A stretch of 64,000 nt of DNA from Promethearchaeota archaeon (GTDB lineage: Archaea; Asgardarchaeota; Lokiarchaeia; Sigyniarchaeales; SOKP01): contig JAUVNS010000008.1 in the NCBI GenBank assembly GCA_030599585.1, positions 32,001 to 96,000 on the forward strand, written 5' to 3'. Each line of letters begins with the position of its first letter. Position 1 is the first letter of the stretch. Both the position numbers and the translations under genes were made by a program. Shown here piece by piece: positions 28,680-37,957 of the stretch. The notes below the pieces were generated by a model, which was not told where the DNA came from, searched no databases, and worked only from the letters and a program-made list of their open reading frames with translations.

Positions 28680-29948
28680 TTAATTCTTGAGAGTCTTTAT
28701 CTTTAGGATTATTTTTAATACTTGAGAGTCTATTATTGATTGACAATTAAAATTTTTTAAATAATTGTAATTTTTATTAACCCATTCAAAATATTTTCTC
28801 TTTAAATCATCCCAAGAGCGAAATGTCTGCATTCCGATTTTTTTTTTTCTTATTCTACTTATTTTTCCACTAATATCAGATTGAATGTCATTCAATGGAA
28901 CAAATTCCATATTTAAATCATGACTTATTACACAATGAAATGAATATTCTAAATGACGTCTGTTAATCTTTGACCAATATTCATCAATTTTTAATGGATT
29001 CAACAAATAATATTTGATTGGCTTATCATATTCATGATATGAATCATATTCATATCTTATCAGACGAATTAATGTATGTGATGGAAATACTATCGTTTTT
29101 TCTGTATGAACATTTTTCCATTTTCTTTCTGCCCAATTCTCACCTTTATTATTAAATAAAATTTTTCCTTGAAAATGCTTATCAGAATATCTTGAACAAT
29201 TTTCACATGAATCAAACACAATTACATGAATATTTCCAAGTGAAGATTTTCGAATATAGGCGTGTTTATGTCCTTGTATATGATTTTTCATTTTTAGTTT
29301 ATTTTGGGTAGTATCAGCATCCAAGAAAATAGCATTTCTCAGATCCAGTTGTGACACTTCAGCAGAGCGGAGCACGGAATTCTTCGATGTAAGTTTTTGT
29401 TTTTTTTTTTCATTTTTTTGAAGTAAAGGACTCGTATTGACCAAATCCTTATCATTCTTTTTTAAATCAAATAAATTTTTTACTATATCAGGGGTATCAA
29501 TTGAAAATTGTCGTTTATCGGGAAAATATTCATAATCATATACAATCACATTTTTTTTTTTCATTTCCATAACATATTCATTCAATTCTAGTACATCAAA
29601 ATCACATTCTTCAATATATTCACTTAATTTTGGATTATAACCACTGTTTACCCATATTCTATAATAATTTGGATTATTTCGCAAAGCATAGTTTAATGCT
29701 TGATTAGTTCCCGAAGATTCAAAAATTACAACTTTAACTTGATTTTTTGTAGCAATTTTTAGAAATCTATCTACTTCGAGTTGTATGTAATCAAAAAATT
29801 CTTGATATCCCTCATCTTGATTTAATGGGTTAAAATTTAAACGCTTATATATCTGTTTTATATCAAATATATTTGTAATATTCATGAAATTTGTTCTTAA
29901 GAAGGTCTTTCCAGCACCTACTTCTCCAACTAAATGTATTATAATCAT
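28680..29948 (-). CDS. Hypothetical protein with N-terminal P-loop (nucleotide-kinase-like) domain
   Basis: IIHLVGEVGAGKT Walker A at the N-terminus, VVIFE Walker B-like; unrecognised C-terminal region; very AT-rich. Confidence 0.65.
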   Translation of the reverse strand: MIIIHLVGEVGAGKTFLRTNFMNITNIFDIKQIYKRLNFNPLNQDEGYQEFFDYIQLEVDRFLKIATKNQVKVVIFESSGTNQALNYALRNNPNYYRIWVNSGYNPKLSEYIEECDFDVLELNEYVMEMKKKNVIVYDYEYFPDKRQFSIDTPDIVKNLFDLKKNDKDLVNTSPLLQKNEKKKQKLTSKNSVLRSAEVSQLDLRNAIFLDADTTQNKLKMKNHIQGHKHAYIRKSSLGNIHVIVFDSCENCSRYSDKHFQGKILFNNKGENWAERKWKNVHTEKTIVFPSHTLIRLIRYEYDSYHEYDKPIKYYLLNPLKIDEYWSKINRRHLEYSFHCVISHDLNMEFVPLNDIQSDISGKISRIRKKKIGMQTFRSWDDLKRKYFEWVNKNYNYLKNFNCQSIIDSQVLKIILKIKTLKN

Positions 29949-30118
29949 TTCAAGCCCTTTAATATTTCAAATTTGATTTTTTCATTAAAAACCTTAGAGG
30001 TTTCAATTAGATAATCATCCCCTAAATCATTTTTAATTATACCAATTACTTCTTCTTTTAAAATAGCTTTTTCTTCAATTTTTTCCTTTTTTTGCTAATC
30101 TCTGTGTTTTTTGATTTA

Positions 30119-30136
30119 GTAACAATATATTGTTAC
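30119..30136. promoter_or_regulatory. Perfect 18-bp palindrome, candidate operator
   Basis: GTAACAATATATTGTTAC, upstream of the P-loop gene. Confidence 0.45.
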
Positions 30137-30310
30137 ATGTGCAATTTAAAATTTAAGATAGTCTCGACTTCAATCAAATTACTACTATTTTTTCTTTTAT
30201 TAATAATTATTTAAATTTAGTTAACTCTAAATTTTTTTTACTTCAATAAAATTGTTAGTAGAAATCATACTCCTCTTCTAAATTCCTACTTTTTAAATTT
30301 AGCTTTCAAT

Positions 30311-30910
30311 TTATACCTTCTTTAATTTATTCATCACTAACTCTAAATATGATGTTCTAATCGATTCTTCCCTTTTAAAGTCAAAACTTTCTAAGAATTG
30401 AAAGAGAATGTCTTTAGCTTTCTCCACTTTATTAATTGATTCAGCTAAAATTTCGACTTCTATGAAATATTGTTCCAATATTGGCAAATAATCGATTAGA
30501 GCTTCTATCCTTGTATCTTGAAATTTGAAATCATATAGTTCTCTTTCTTTAATGACGGTGAATACTTCTTGAAATCCTAATAATTTGAGAAGATTTGCTA
30601 TATTTTCAGTTTCATTTAATTTTACTTCGATTTCTTCTCTTGTTTTGGTTGTTTTATCAATCTTTTTACCTTTATAAGTTATAAAATAATTGATTTTTTG
30701 AGCAATCAAATTATTATCTCTATTAAATTCAATAGACTTTCTTAATCTTAATGCTTCATCAGTCTGTTTAAAATCCCTTAACCCTTTTGGCATGTTAAAA
30801 TAAGTATCCTCATGATGTAAAGAGAGTTTGTATACACCATTTAAATCCTCAAACTTTTTCAGTAGAAGGTTTGGATCGGAGATTTTGACTTTAATCTCAA
30901 CTTCAATCAT
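30311..30910 (-). CDS. cyaB: CYTH-domain protein (class IV adenylate cyclase/triphosphate tunnel family)
   Basis: EVEIK, DTYF, ALRLR, TYKG, REEIE, KERE, FIEVE, SYLEL. Confidence 0.9.
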   Translation of the reverse strand: MIEVEIKVKISDPNLLLKKFEDLNGVYKLSLHHEDTYFNMPKGLRDFKQTDEALRLRKSIEFNRDNNLIAQKINYFITYKGKKIDKTTKTREEIEVKLNETENIANLLKLLGFQEVFTVIKERELYDFKFQDTRIEALIDYLPILEQYFIEVEILAESINKVEKAKDILFQFLESFDFKREESIRTSYLELVMNKLKKV

Positions 30911-30984
30911 AATGCTAATCTTTTTTCGATTAATAACAAATATATAAAATTAATTTTTATTAGTAATAATAGTTTCACTTAGAG

Positions 30985-31959
30985 TTGATTTTTATATCTC
31001 TGAATTCTAAATCTATTCAAAAACTCGCAGAACAATTTGGATATCTACCCTATATGATTGAAAGGTATTTTCAATTCTTAGGAGAAGATCAAACTAAACA
31101 ATTATTAGAAGCAAATGAAAAGCCATTAACACCTTCAATAAGAGTTAACGCGCTTAAAATAGACAAAGAAACTTTAAGAAATAGACTGGAAAGCAAAGGA
31201 ATTAAGTTAGAATCGATTGATTGGATAAATTACGGATTCAAAATTAGAAACTCTCCTATAAATTTAGGATCGACTCACGAATATCTTCAAGGATTTTATT
31301 ATTTGCAGAGTGTTGCTCCAATGTTACCATCTTTAATTCTTAACCCTAAACCAAATGAGGTTGTGATTGATATGTGTGCTGCTCCAGGCGGAAAAGCAAC
31401 TCACTTGGCACAAATTATGAACAACGAGGGAAACTTAATATTAATAGAAAGAAATAGAAATAGGATACCTGCTCTAGAGATTAATCTTAGAAGATTGGGG
31501 GTTTCCAACTCGATTATTATCAATAAGGATGCTGTGAATCTGTCAAAAATGAATTTGAAGGCAGACAAGATTTTATTAGACGCACCGTGCACCGGAGAGG
31601 GACTGATCAGGCAAGATTCTAGTAGAAAACGGAGTAAAACCATGAAAGATATCAATAAATTAAGTAGTATTCAAAAAAAATTACTGAAAAATGGTTTAAA
31701 TTCCTTAAATCCAGGAGGACAACTATTATACAGTACCTGTTCGATCGCGCCAGAAGAAAACGAATTAGTTATAGATGATGTGTTAAAAGATAATTCAGAT
31801 TTCGCCATTGTTAAGATACCCGGTAATTACGGCGTGAAAGGAATAATAGATGTTTACAATAAAACGCTCAGAGAAGATATAAAATATTCTCAGAGATTAT
31901 ATCCGCACTTACATAATACAATTGGTTTTTTTATTAGTTTAATTCAAAAAGTCAAGTAA
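30985..31959 (+). CDS. NOL1/NOP2/Sun family RNA (cytosine-C5) methyltransferase
   Basis: DMCAAPGGKAT, LLDAPCTGEG, YSTCS, EENE. Confidence 0.93.
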   Translation: MIFISLNSKSIQKLAEQFGYLPYMIERYFQFLGEDQTKQLLEANEKPLTPSIRVNALKIDKETLRNRLESKGIKLESIDWINYGFKIRNSPINLGSTHEYLQGFYYLQSVAPMLPSLILNPKPNEVVIDMCAAPGGKATHLAQIMNNEGNLILIERNRNRIPALEINLRRLGVSNSIIINKDAVNLSKMNLKADKILLDAPCTGEGLIRQDSSRKRSKTMKDINKLSSIQKKLLKNGLNSLNPGGQLLYSTCSIAPEENELVIDDVLKDNSDFAIVKIPGNYGVKGIIDVYNKTLREDIKYSQRLYPHLHNTIGFFISLIQKVK

Positions 31960-31989
31960 AATTCACGAATAAATTGAATCCGAGATTCT

Positions 31990-32562
31990 TTATTGTCTTT
32001 TTCTTAAGTAATAACCCTTATCTACAAGATTTTGAGCTACTCTTTGATTTGATTTGAGATTTTGAAACGAACTAGAATCAATCGTGGCTCTTGCTATAGC
32101 TATAATTTCGTTCTTCTGATTAAAAACTGCGATAAGATTATTTTTTTTTAACTTGGGTGGGATCATAGTTATTACGCTCTTTAGGATATCGTTTCCATAG
32201 AGAATTGATTTTTCTCCTTCTTCATTTATAGTAATTTTATTACTATTTGGAAGAATATGCTGATTACGCAAAAATTCAGCTCCTTCTAAGCTTAAGTGAA
32301 AAATTCCTTTCTTAATGAAACCAAAATAAATACCCGCTGCATTTATATTCTCATTTCGTAATTTTTCTTCCAAAATATTACTATTTTCGTATGGAACTAA
32401 ATAGATTAAAGGGAATTTGCTTTCTGTTTGCTCATCGTTAATAAAAATATAGAACCTATGATCTTTTTTCTTAAAATACGATAGTACTTCGGTTGATAAT
32501 TTTTGAAGAGAATTAGTAATAAATGAGTTTTCAATTTTATTAATTAATCTAAAAGTATTCAA
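31990..32562 (-). CDS. nip7: Nip7-like PUA-domain ribosome biogenesis protein
   Basis: N-terminal FR, AGIYFG, LSLEG, LYGNDI, C-terminal DKGYYLR. Confidence 0.75.
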   Translation of the reverse strand: MNTFRLINKIENSFITNSLQKLSTEVLSYFKKKDHRFYIFINDEQTESKFPLIYLVPYENSNILEEKLRNENINAAGIYFGFIKKGIFHLSLEGAEFLRNQHILPNSNKITINEEGEKSILYGNDILKSVITMIPPKLKKNNLIAVFNQKNEIIAIARATIDSSSFQNLKSNQRVAQNLVDKGYYLRKRQ

Positions 32563-32650
32563 TTCTCTTATTCTCCGTTAAAATAAAAAGAAATAAGTAG
32601 TTTTATAATTATTAATCAATAAAGTTATTAAAAAATACTGTTGTCAAAAA

Positions 32651-33367
32651 ATGGGCATTCGTAAAATTGAGGACGAAATAGATTTAAGAGAAGCCATGAA
32701 GAAAAAGGCAGCTGAGTTGAAGCTTAAAGACATGGAAGCAAAAGCTGCAACAGAAAACTTCACAAAAGAAAGGCTTACAGAATTAGCTAAGGCCCATGGA
32801 GTCATTTTGGCGTTAACTCCCGAATTAAAGGCTGAAGTTAAAGCGTTACAAAAGAAGTTTAATATTCCCTCGTCCAAAATAATTACTGAACAGATTACAG
32901 AAAACGATGTTTTGAAGAAATTTTCTAAAATAGATCATGAAAAGTTAGGAATGCTTGCTTACCAAAGAATTTTGATGCAGAAAGAAGAAATTGGAGTAGG
33001 ATTATTGCCTATTTCTAGAGTGTACGAATTAGTAAATACGGGAATTTTAAATGGGATATTAGATGTTAAAGATTTGTTAAAAGCTTTAAAACTACTCAAG
33101 AAGAATCATGTCATCGACGATTTGCAAGAATTTAGCTCAGGTATTGTAATGGTAAGATTTTTTCCAGTTCAATATACTACTGATCAAGTGAAAGTTGTAG
33201 GAGTTGCTAAAGATAAGGGTTTTATTTCTCTTGAAGACGTATGTATTGCTCTAAGCTGGTCTCAAGATCGAGCTTTAGAGACTTTAAAGTCATTAGAAGA
33301 CACAGGAATGGCGAAGTTAAGAGAATCTCTCCTTAAGGGAAAGCAATGGTACTTCCCTTCTTTATAA
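32651..33367 (+). CDS. vps22: ESCRT-II Vps22/Vps36-like (EAP30-domain) protein
   Basis: N-terminal MGI plus basic helix, tandem winged-helix pattern (DLLKALKLL; WSQDRA..L..L...G), C-terminal WYFP; lies in the ESCRT cluster. Confidence 0.8.
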   Translation: MGIRKIEDEIDLREAMKKKAAELKLKDMEAKAATENFTKERLTELAKAHGVILALTPELKAEVKALQKKFNIPSSKIITEQITENDVLKKFSKIDHEKLGMLAYQRILMQKEEIGVGLLPISRVYELVNTGILNGILDVKDLLKALKLLKKNHVIDDLQEFSSGIVMVRFFPVQYTTDQVKVVGVAKDKGFISLEDVCIALSWSQDRALETLKSLEDTGMAKLRESLLKGKQWYFPSL

Positions 33368-33372
33368 ATGAT

Positions 33373-34263
33373 TTATTCTATTTTTATTTTAAATGAAACT
33401 TGATCATCCTCTAATCTAATAATCTTCCCCCTCTTTTCTTTCTCTAACATTTTAAAAATTTTAATAATATCATCATTGGGAAGTTTACTAAACGCTTTGT
33501 TAGATTCTCTAATTTCAAATATTAATATTGGTTCCAATGGAGAAATCTCCATAGCCCAATCATATATTTCCTCAGCCCAATTATCTAAGCTCTTCCAATA
33601 AACTCTTAATTTCTCTTTACTTTTTGATAACCATTCAGCTTGTTCTTTTTTAACTAATTCTTCAGCAATTTCCTCTAAGGCTTGTTTACGGTCTTCAAAA
33701 TTAGAAAAGGGTTTTTCAGATTCAGATTGTCGAAGATATAAAATATGAAGTATTGCATACCGTGCGTAATCGAAAAGAACTTTAGACCATTCGCTCTTCC
33801 AAGATTCATAGTCTTTCAAGTCAGTTTTTTTATTTGGAATTGAATACATAAATATATATCTTTTCTCTTCAAGCCACGGGTAATCGTTAAGTAACAATTC
33901 ATAAGTTGATATTTCTTTAGTAACAGCTTCTCTTTCCTTTACTATTTCTAGCTCAATCTCGCGAAGTTCTATTTCAATTTGAGCGGCGTTTTGTTCGTAT
34001 GTTTTTTGGTCTATTTCACCTAGTTTTGATGTGAGGAGATCTTCAAGTTTATTTAATCGCTCTTCAATTTCTTCACTTGGAAGCCCTTCTTGGATCGCTT
34101 CTGAAGCGATTTTTACTGTTTCATCTTCGATTTCTTTTAAATCCTTTTGTTTCTTTAGCTCTTTTAATCGAGTTAATTCCTTCCTTAAACCATCTAATTC
34201 TCTTTCAGGTTTTTCTTTTAAGTCCTTTACTGTATCTTCAGTTTTTTCTTTTTGCCGTTCCAT
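33373..34263 (-). CDS. vps25: ESCRT-II Vps25-like protein with long N-terminal coiled coil
   Basis: SWKSEWSKVL, AEW, VYWKSLDNWAEEIYDWA (compare the Vps25 xYWRxxxEWAxxIxxW motif); directly downstream of vps4. Confidence 0.8.
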   Translation of the reverse strand: MERQKEKTEDTVKDLKEKPERELDGLRKELTRLKELKKQKDLKEIEDETVKIASEAIQEGLPSEEIEERLNKLEDLLTSKLGEIDQKTYEQNAAQIEIELREIELEIVKEREAVTKEISTYELLLNDYPWLEEKRYIFMYSIPNKKTDLKDYESWKSEWSKVLFDYARYAILHILYLRQSESEKPFSNFEDRKQALEEIAEELVKKEQAEWLSKSKEKLRVYWKSLDNWAEEIYDWAMEISPLEPILIFEIRESNKAFSKLPNDDIIKIFKMLEKEKRGKIIRLEDDQVSFKIKIE

Positions 34264-34284
34264 AATCTACATCTTAATATGTTT

Positions 34285-35502
34285 TTAGTATTCTCCGAAT
34301 TCTGTAGCCCATTGTTCGTATTGGTGTAAAGAAGATCCTGTAGTCATAGGCTTTACTTTTTTTAAAGTTTTAGTAAAGTCTTTTAATTCAATATCCCTTA
34401 TAACAACTTCTTGATCGTTATTTTCCAGAAGCCCACCCATATCTAGTTCTCTAATTGGAAGCATTATAACTTCGCGACATACATTAGATATATCTCTTCC
34501 AGAATATCCATCAGATCTAACTCCTAACTCAATAAAATCTTCCTCGGTCATAGCCATATTAATACCTGCGGTGTGAATTTTAAATATTCCAACTCTGGCT
34601 GGTAGATCTGGAAGAGGAACATACACTTTTTTTTCAAATCTACTAAGCATGGCTGTGTCAATATCCCATGGTCGATTAGTTGCCCCTAAAACTAACAGAG
34701 GTTTTTTAGAGCCTGATTTAACTCCTTGAATTTCAGCTAACAATTGAGTTTTTACTCTCCTTTCTCCACCGCCTTCGTGACCTTCACCTCTCTTAGTAGC
34801 TACAGAGTCAATTTCATCCATAAAAATCAGACTAGGGGCTTTTATTCGAGCAACTTTAAAAAGTGAACTGATTAGCTTCTCACTTTCTCCTAACCATTTA
34901 CTTAATAAATCGGCTGATGAGACACTAAAAAAAGTTGCTTCACATTCTGTTGCTGCAGCTCTTGCTAATAATGTTTTACCACATCCTGGAGGTCCAAATA
35001 ATAAAATACCTGACCATGGCTTTCTTGCTCCTGTGAATAATTCAGGTCTCATAATTGGCAAGACTATAGCTTCTCTTAAGGCTTGTTTGCTTCCTTCTAG
35101 ACCTGCTATGTCTATCCATTTTACGTTAGGTGATTCAGTTAAAATAGTCCCCGATATTGAATCTATGATTTCTTGTTCTTCAGCAGAATATAACCCTTCC
35201 TCTTCTTTTGTCTCGCCTTCTTTTGGTTCACCTGGTTTACTAGAAGGTCTTCCTCTCTTAACGCGGGGACCACTTAAGTGGGCTTTAAGTACGGTAGCGC
35301 GATCTAAGTATTGCTCGATTTGTTCATGGCATTTCCGAATCATTATCGGATTTTTATTAAATTTTACGAATTGTATTAGGATTTCTGCTGCTCTTTGATA
35401 CTTATTTAGAGCTTGTCTATAATGCCCCTTTTCATCCAAATCAACGGCAGCTTGCGCTTCTTGAACGGCATATAGGTAAAGTTTACTATCAACACTACTC
35501 AA
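34285..35502 (-). CDS. vps4: Vps4 AAA+ ATPase (MIT + AAA)
   Basis: MIT domain (AVDLDEKGHY..A..Y...YLDRA), GPPGCGKT, SKWLGESEK, FMDEID, ATNRPWDID, C-terminal W..EFG. Confidence 0.95.
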   Translation of the reverse strand: MSSVDSKLYLYAVQEAQAAVDLDEKGHYRQALNKYQRAAEILIQFVKFNKNPIMIRKCHEQIEQYLDRATVLKAHLSGPRVKRGRPSSKPGEPKEGETKEEEGLYSAEEQEIIDSISGTILTESPNVKWIDIAGLEGSKQALREAIVLPIMRPELFTGARKPWSGILLFGPPGCGKTLLARAAATECEATFFSVSSADLLSKWLGESEKLISSLFKVARIKAPSLIFMDEIDSVATKRGEGHEGGGERRVKTQLLAEIQGVKSGSKKPLLVLGATNRPWDIDTAMLSRFEKKVYVPLPDLPARVGIFKIHTAGINMAMTEEDFIELGVRSDGYSGRDISNVCREVIMLPIRELDMGGLLENNDQEVVIRDIELKDFTKTLKKVKPMTTGSSLHQYEQWATEFGEY

Positions 35503-35723
35503 CGGCTATAACCTTTTAAAAGTAATTATTTATCTTATCTATGTTAAAATATTCTTAATATATATAGGTAAGCTAGTTCAATGTTTATTTTATTAATTAA
35601 TTCTTCCACATATATCAAATTTTCTTTTTAAAAAGGTATTGTAAACATTGGTCTACAACAAAAAATTATATAATCTTGAGTTTTCTTATATTATATAAAA
35701 ATAATAATAATTGATGAATTAAG

Positions 35724-36350
35724 ATGGGTTTTCTCAAAGATATGAGTAATTGGCTCTCAGGAGGCAAGAAAAAAGATACTGTTCGTTCTGCAACCGTCAA
35801 GCTTAAAGTGTTTAACAAAAGACTTATGAGGCAAACGAAACGCATGGAAATCACAGCAAAACAAGCTAGAGATAAAGCCGTTAGATTGCGAAAAGCTGGT
35901 GATATGGATGGGTCCGCATTCCACGCACGAAATTATCTTCAAGTTAAAAAACAAGCTAGGGCGATAGACCATTTTAGAACAAATTTAGAAGGAATGGTGT
36001 TCAAACTTGAACAGGCTAACGCAGTTAAAGACATTTCTAACATAATGACTGGCATCGCTGCTAGTCTAGGTGCTTTAAAGAGTCAATTGTCAGTCCCACA
36101 ACTAACCGAAATGATGACCGAAATCGGAATTGATATGGAAGACTTTGAAGTAACGCAAGAAATAACTTCGGATGGAATCGATAGTATGACGTTAGATACT
36201 GCTGTTTCAGATAGTCAAGTAAAAGATATATTAGGCGAAATCGATGCAGAGATTCAAGTTGAAGTTGGTGGAGCATTACCATCAATAGATCCTGATGGAA
36301 AAGTTAAAGAATTAGAAGAAGAGTTAAATAAATTAAAATCACGAGATTGA
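35724..36350 (+). CDS. ESCRT-III Snf7-family protein (Vps2/24/46-like)
   Basis: Basic N-terminal and acidic C-terminal helical hairpin; MIM1-like tail ELEEELNKLKS; divergent from vps4. Confidence 0.9.
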   Translation: MGFLKDMSNWLSGGKKKDTVRSATVKLKVFNKRLMRQTKRMEITAKQARDKAVRLRKAGDMDGSAFHARNYLQVKKQARAIDHFRTNLEGMVFKLEQANAVKDISNIMTGIAASLGALKSQLSVPQLTEMMTEIGIDMEDFEVTQEITSDGIDSMTLDTAVSDSQVKDILGEIDAEIQVEVGGALPSIDPDGKVKELEEELNKLKSRD

Positions 36351-36446
36351 GTACTAGCAATATTTAGTTCCTCTTCCTTCCTACCTACCAAAATTATTTA
36401 AGGTTAAACTCTATTTTTAATTTATTCTTAAACTCAATTTGAACGA

Positions 36447-37463
36447 GTGTTAAAAATGAATCCAGAAGTAATCGCAATTGGTAGTTGTACGCTTGATTGT
36501 ATGCTACAAGTTAAGGATATTCTTAGATTTGAGCTTTTAGATAAGGATATTATTAAAAAATATACAGCAATTGAATATAGTCACAAATTGAATGTAGATG
36601 GCGTTTTATTCGTTCCAGGAGGTTCTGCTGCTAATATTGCTTCAAATTGCGCAATGTTAGGCTTAAAAAGTGCTTATATTGGCGTACTTGGACATGACTT
36701 TTCTGCTGATATATGTTTAGATGATATGAAAAAGAGGGGCGTTGATTTATCGAATGTCATTCAAACTGATGAGGATTGTACTGCTTTTTCAGTAATTTTA
36801 AAAACAGAATGGGGAAAAGATCGAAGTATTTTAGCATATAAAGGTGCAAATAATATGTTAAAGCCCGAGGATGTCAAAGAAGAATTTTTTAAAGATATCA
36901 AAGCTTTTGCTTGGACTTCCTTGACTACAGAAAATGGATGTAGAGCAATCGAAAAAGCACTTACATTTACATTAGAAAATAATGGTAAAGTATTTGCTGC
37001 TCCTAGCATGTCAATCATTAAAAATAGTCCAAAATGGGCAAAAATTTTAATTTCTAACTCGGATGTAGTTTCCCTGAATAAAGAAGAAGCACAAGAATTT
37101 ACTGAAGAACAAGATACCGTGCCTATGATTCATAAATTTTTAGATATGGGCGTAAACTTAATATCTATTACAGATGGACCAAATGGATCCATAATTTCAG
37201 ACGGTCAAAATATAGTAAATAGTTCGATTTACGAAGGACCAGTTGAAGACACAACGGGTGCTGGAGACGCATTTCTAACTGGTCTATTAATATCTCGTCT
37301 AAATGGATTTTCTTTAGAAAAGTCCTCTAAAATGGCAACAGCTATGTCCTATTTAGAAAGTAAGGAGATTGGAGTTCGAGAGGGTCTACCTAACAGCTTA
37401 AAAGAATTAGAAGATTTTATTAACAATAATCAGATAAAACAGATTGTATCTAAAATTGTATAA
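36447..37463 (+). CDS. PfkB-family carbohydrate/nucleoside kinase
   Basis: GGSAANIA, NKEEA, DTTGAGDAF. Confidence 0.92.
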   Translation: MLKMNPEVIAIGSCTLDCMLQVKDILRFELLDKDIIKKYTAIEYSHKLNVDGVLFVPGGSAANIASNCAMLGLKSAYIGVLGHDFSADICLDDMKKRGVDLSNVIQTDEDCTAFSVILKTEWGKDRSILAYKGANNMLKPEDVKEEFFKDIKAFAWTSLTTENGCRAIEKALTFTLENNGKVFAAPSMSIIKNSPKWAKILISNSDVVSLNKEEAQEFTEEQDTVPMIHKFLDMGVNLISITDGPNGSIISDGQNIVNSSIYEGPVEDTTGAGDAFLTGLLISRLNGFSLEKSSKMATAMSYLESKEIGVREGLPNSLKELEDFINNNQIKQIVSKIV

Positions 37464-37558
37464 CATACAATTCTAATTACGTTCTGAGTTTTATGGTAAA
37501 AGATTAAATTTTAATTTCTTAGTGTATTTTTCATATCATTATACGACTTAAACAAAAA

Positions 37559-37660
37559 GCGCTGCTAGTATAGTGGTCAGTATACTCCTCATTTGGTAAA
37601 CTAATTTGGGTATAACAGGTTGCCAACTTGGTGACCCGGGTTCGAGTCCCGGGCGGCGCA
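37559..37660 (+). tRNA. tRNA-Gly(GCC) with a ~30-nt intron at non-canonical position 27/28 (approx. 37586-37615)
   Basis: Acceptor stem GCGCTGC/GCGGCGC, anticodon arm CCAGG-TTGCCAA-CTTGG once the insert is removed, T arm CCGGG-TTCGAGT-CCCGG; followed by a T-run. Confidence 0.9.
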
Positions 37661-37737
37661 TACTTTTTTTATTTTATAGAATTTATTAAATATAATTCAA
37701 TTTTATTAGACTATGGGAAACTAAAAGGTGGTTTTAC

Positions 37738-37863
37738 TTGGATGATAAAGAAGTCGGTAGATATTGGGACGAAAATGCAGAAAACTGGATTAAACTAGCA
37801 AAGTTGGGATATGATCGATGTCCCTATTTTTTGATTACACGCTGTCGGAAACCAAAAATATAG
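37738..37863 (+). pseudogene. Internally deleted class I SAM-methyltransferase relic (41 codons)
   Basis: TTG start after AAGGTGG; MDDKEVGRYWDENAENWIKLAKLGYDRC joined directly to PYFLITRCRKPKI*. Confidence 0.55.
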
Positions 37864-37957
37864 TCTTTTACGAAAAACTTCGTGAAAGGTGTGTTTCACG
37901 ATCTGTTTACAGATGTTCAAAGAATAAAAAAAAAATAGTTAAAATTTTTATGATTTA

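Noticed and set aside
28594-30234. Loose inverted similarity (aattagagttactaatt versus ttagttaactctaaatt) flanking the P-loop gene, as possible terminal inverted repeats
   Set aside because: Short, gapped and AT-rich, with no transposase or target-site duplication.
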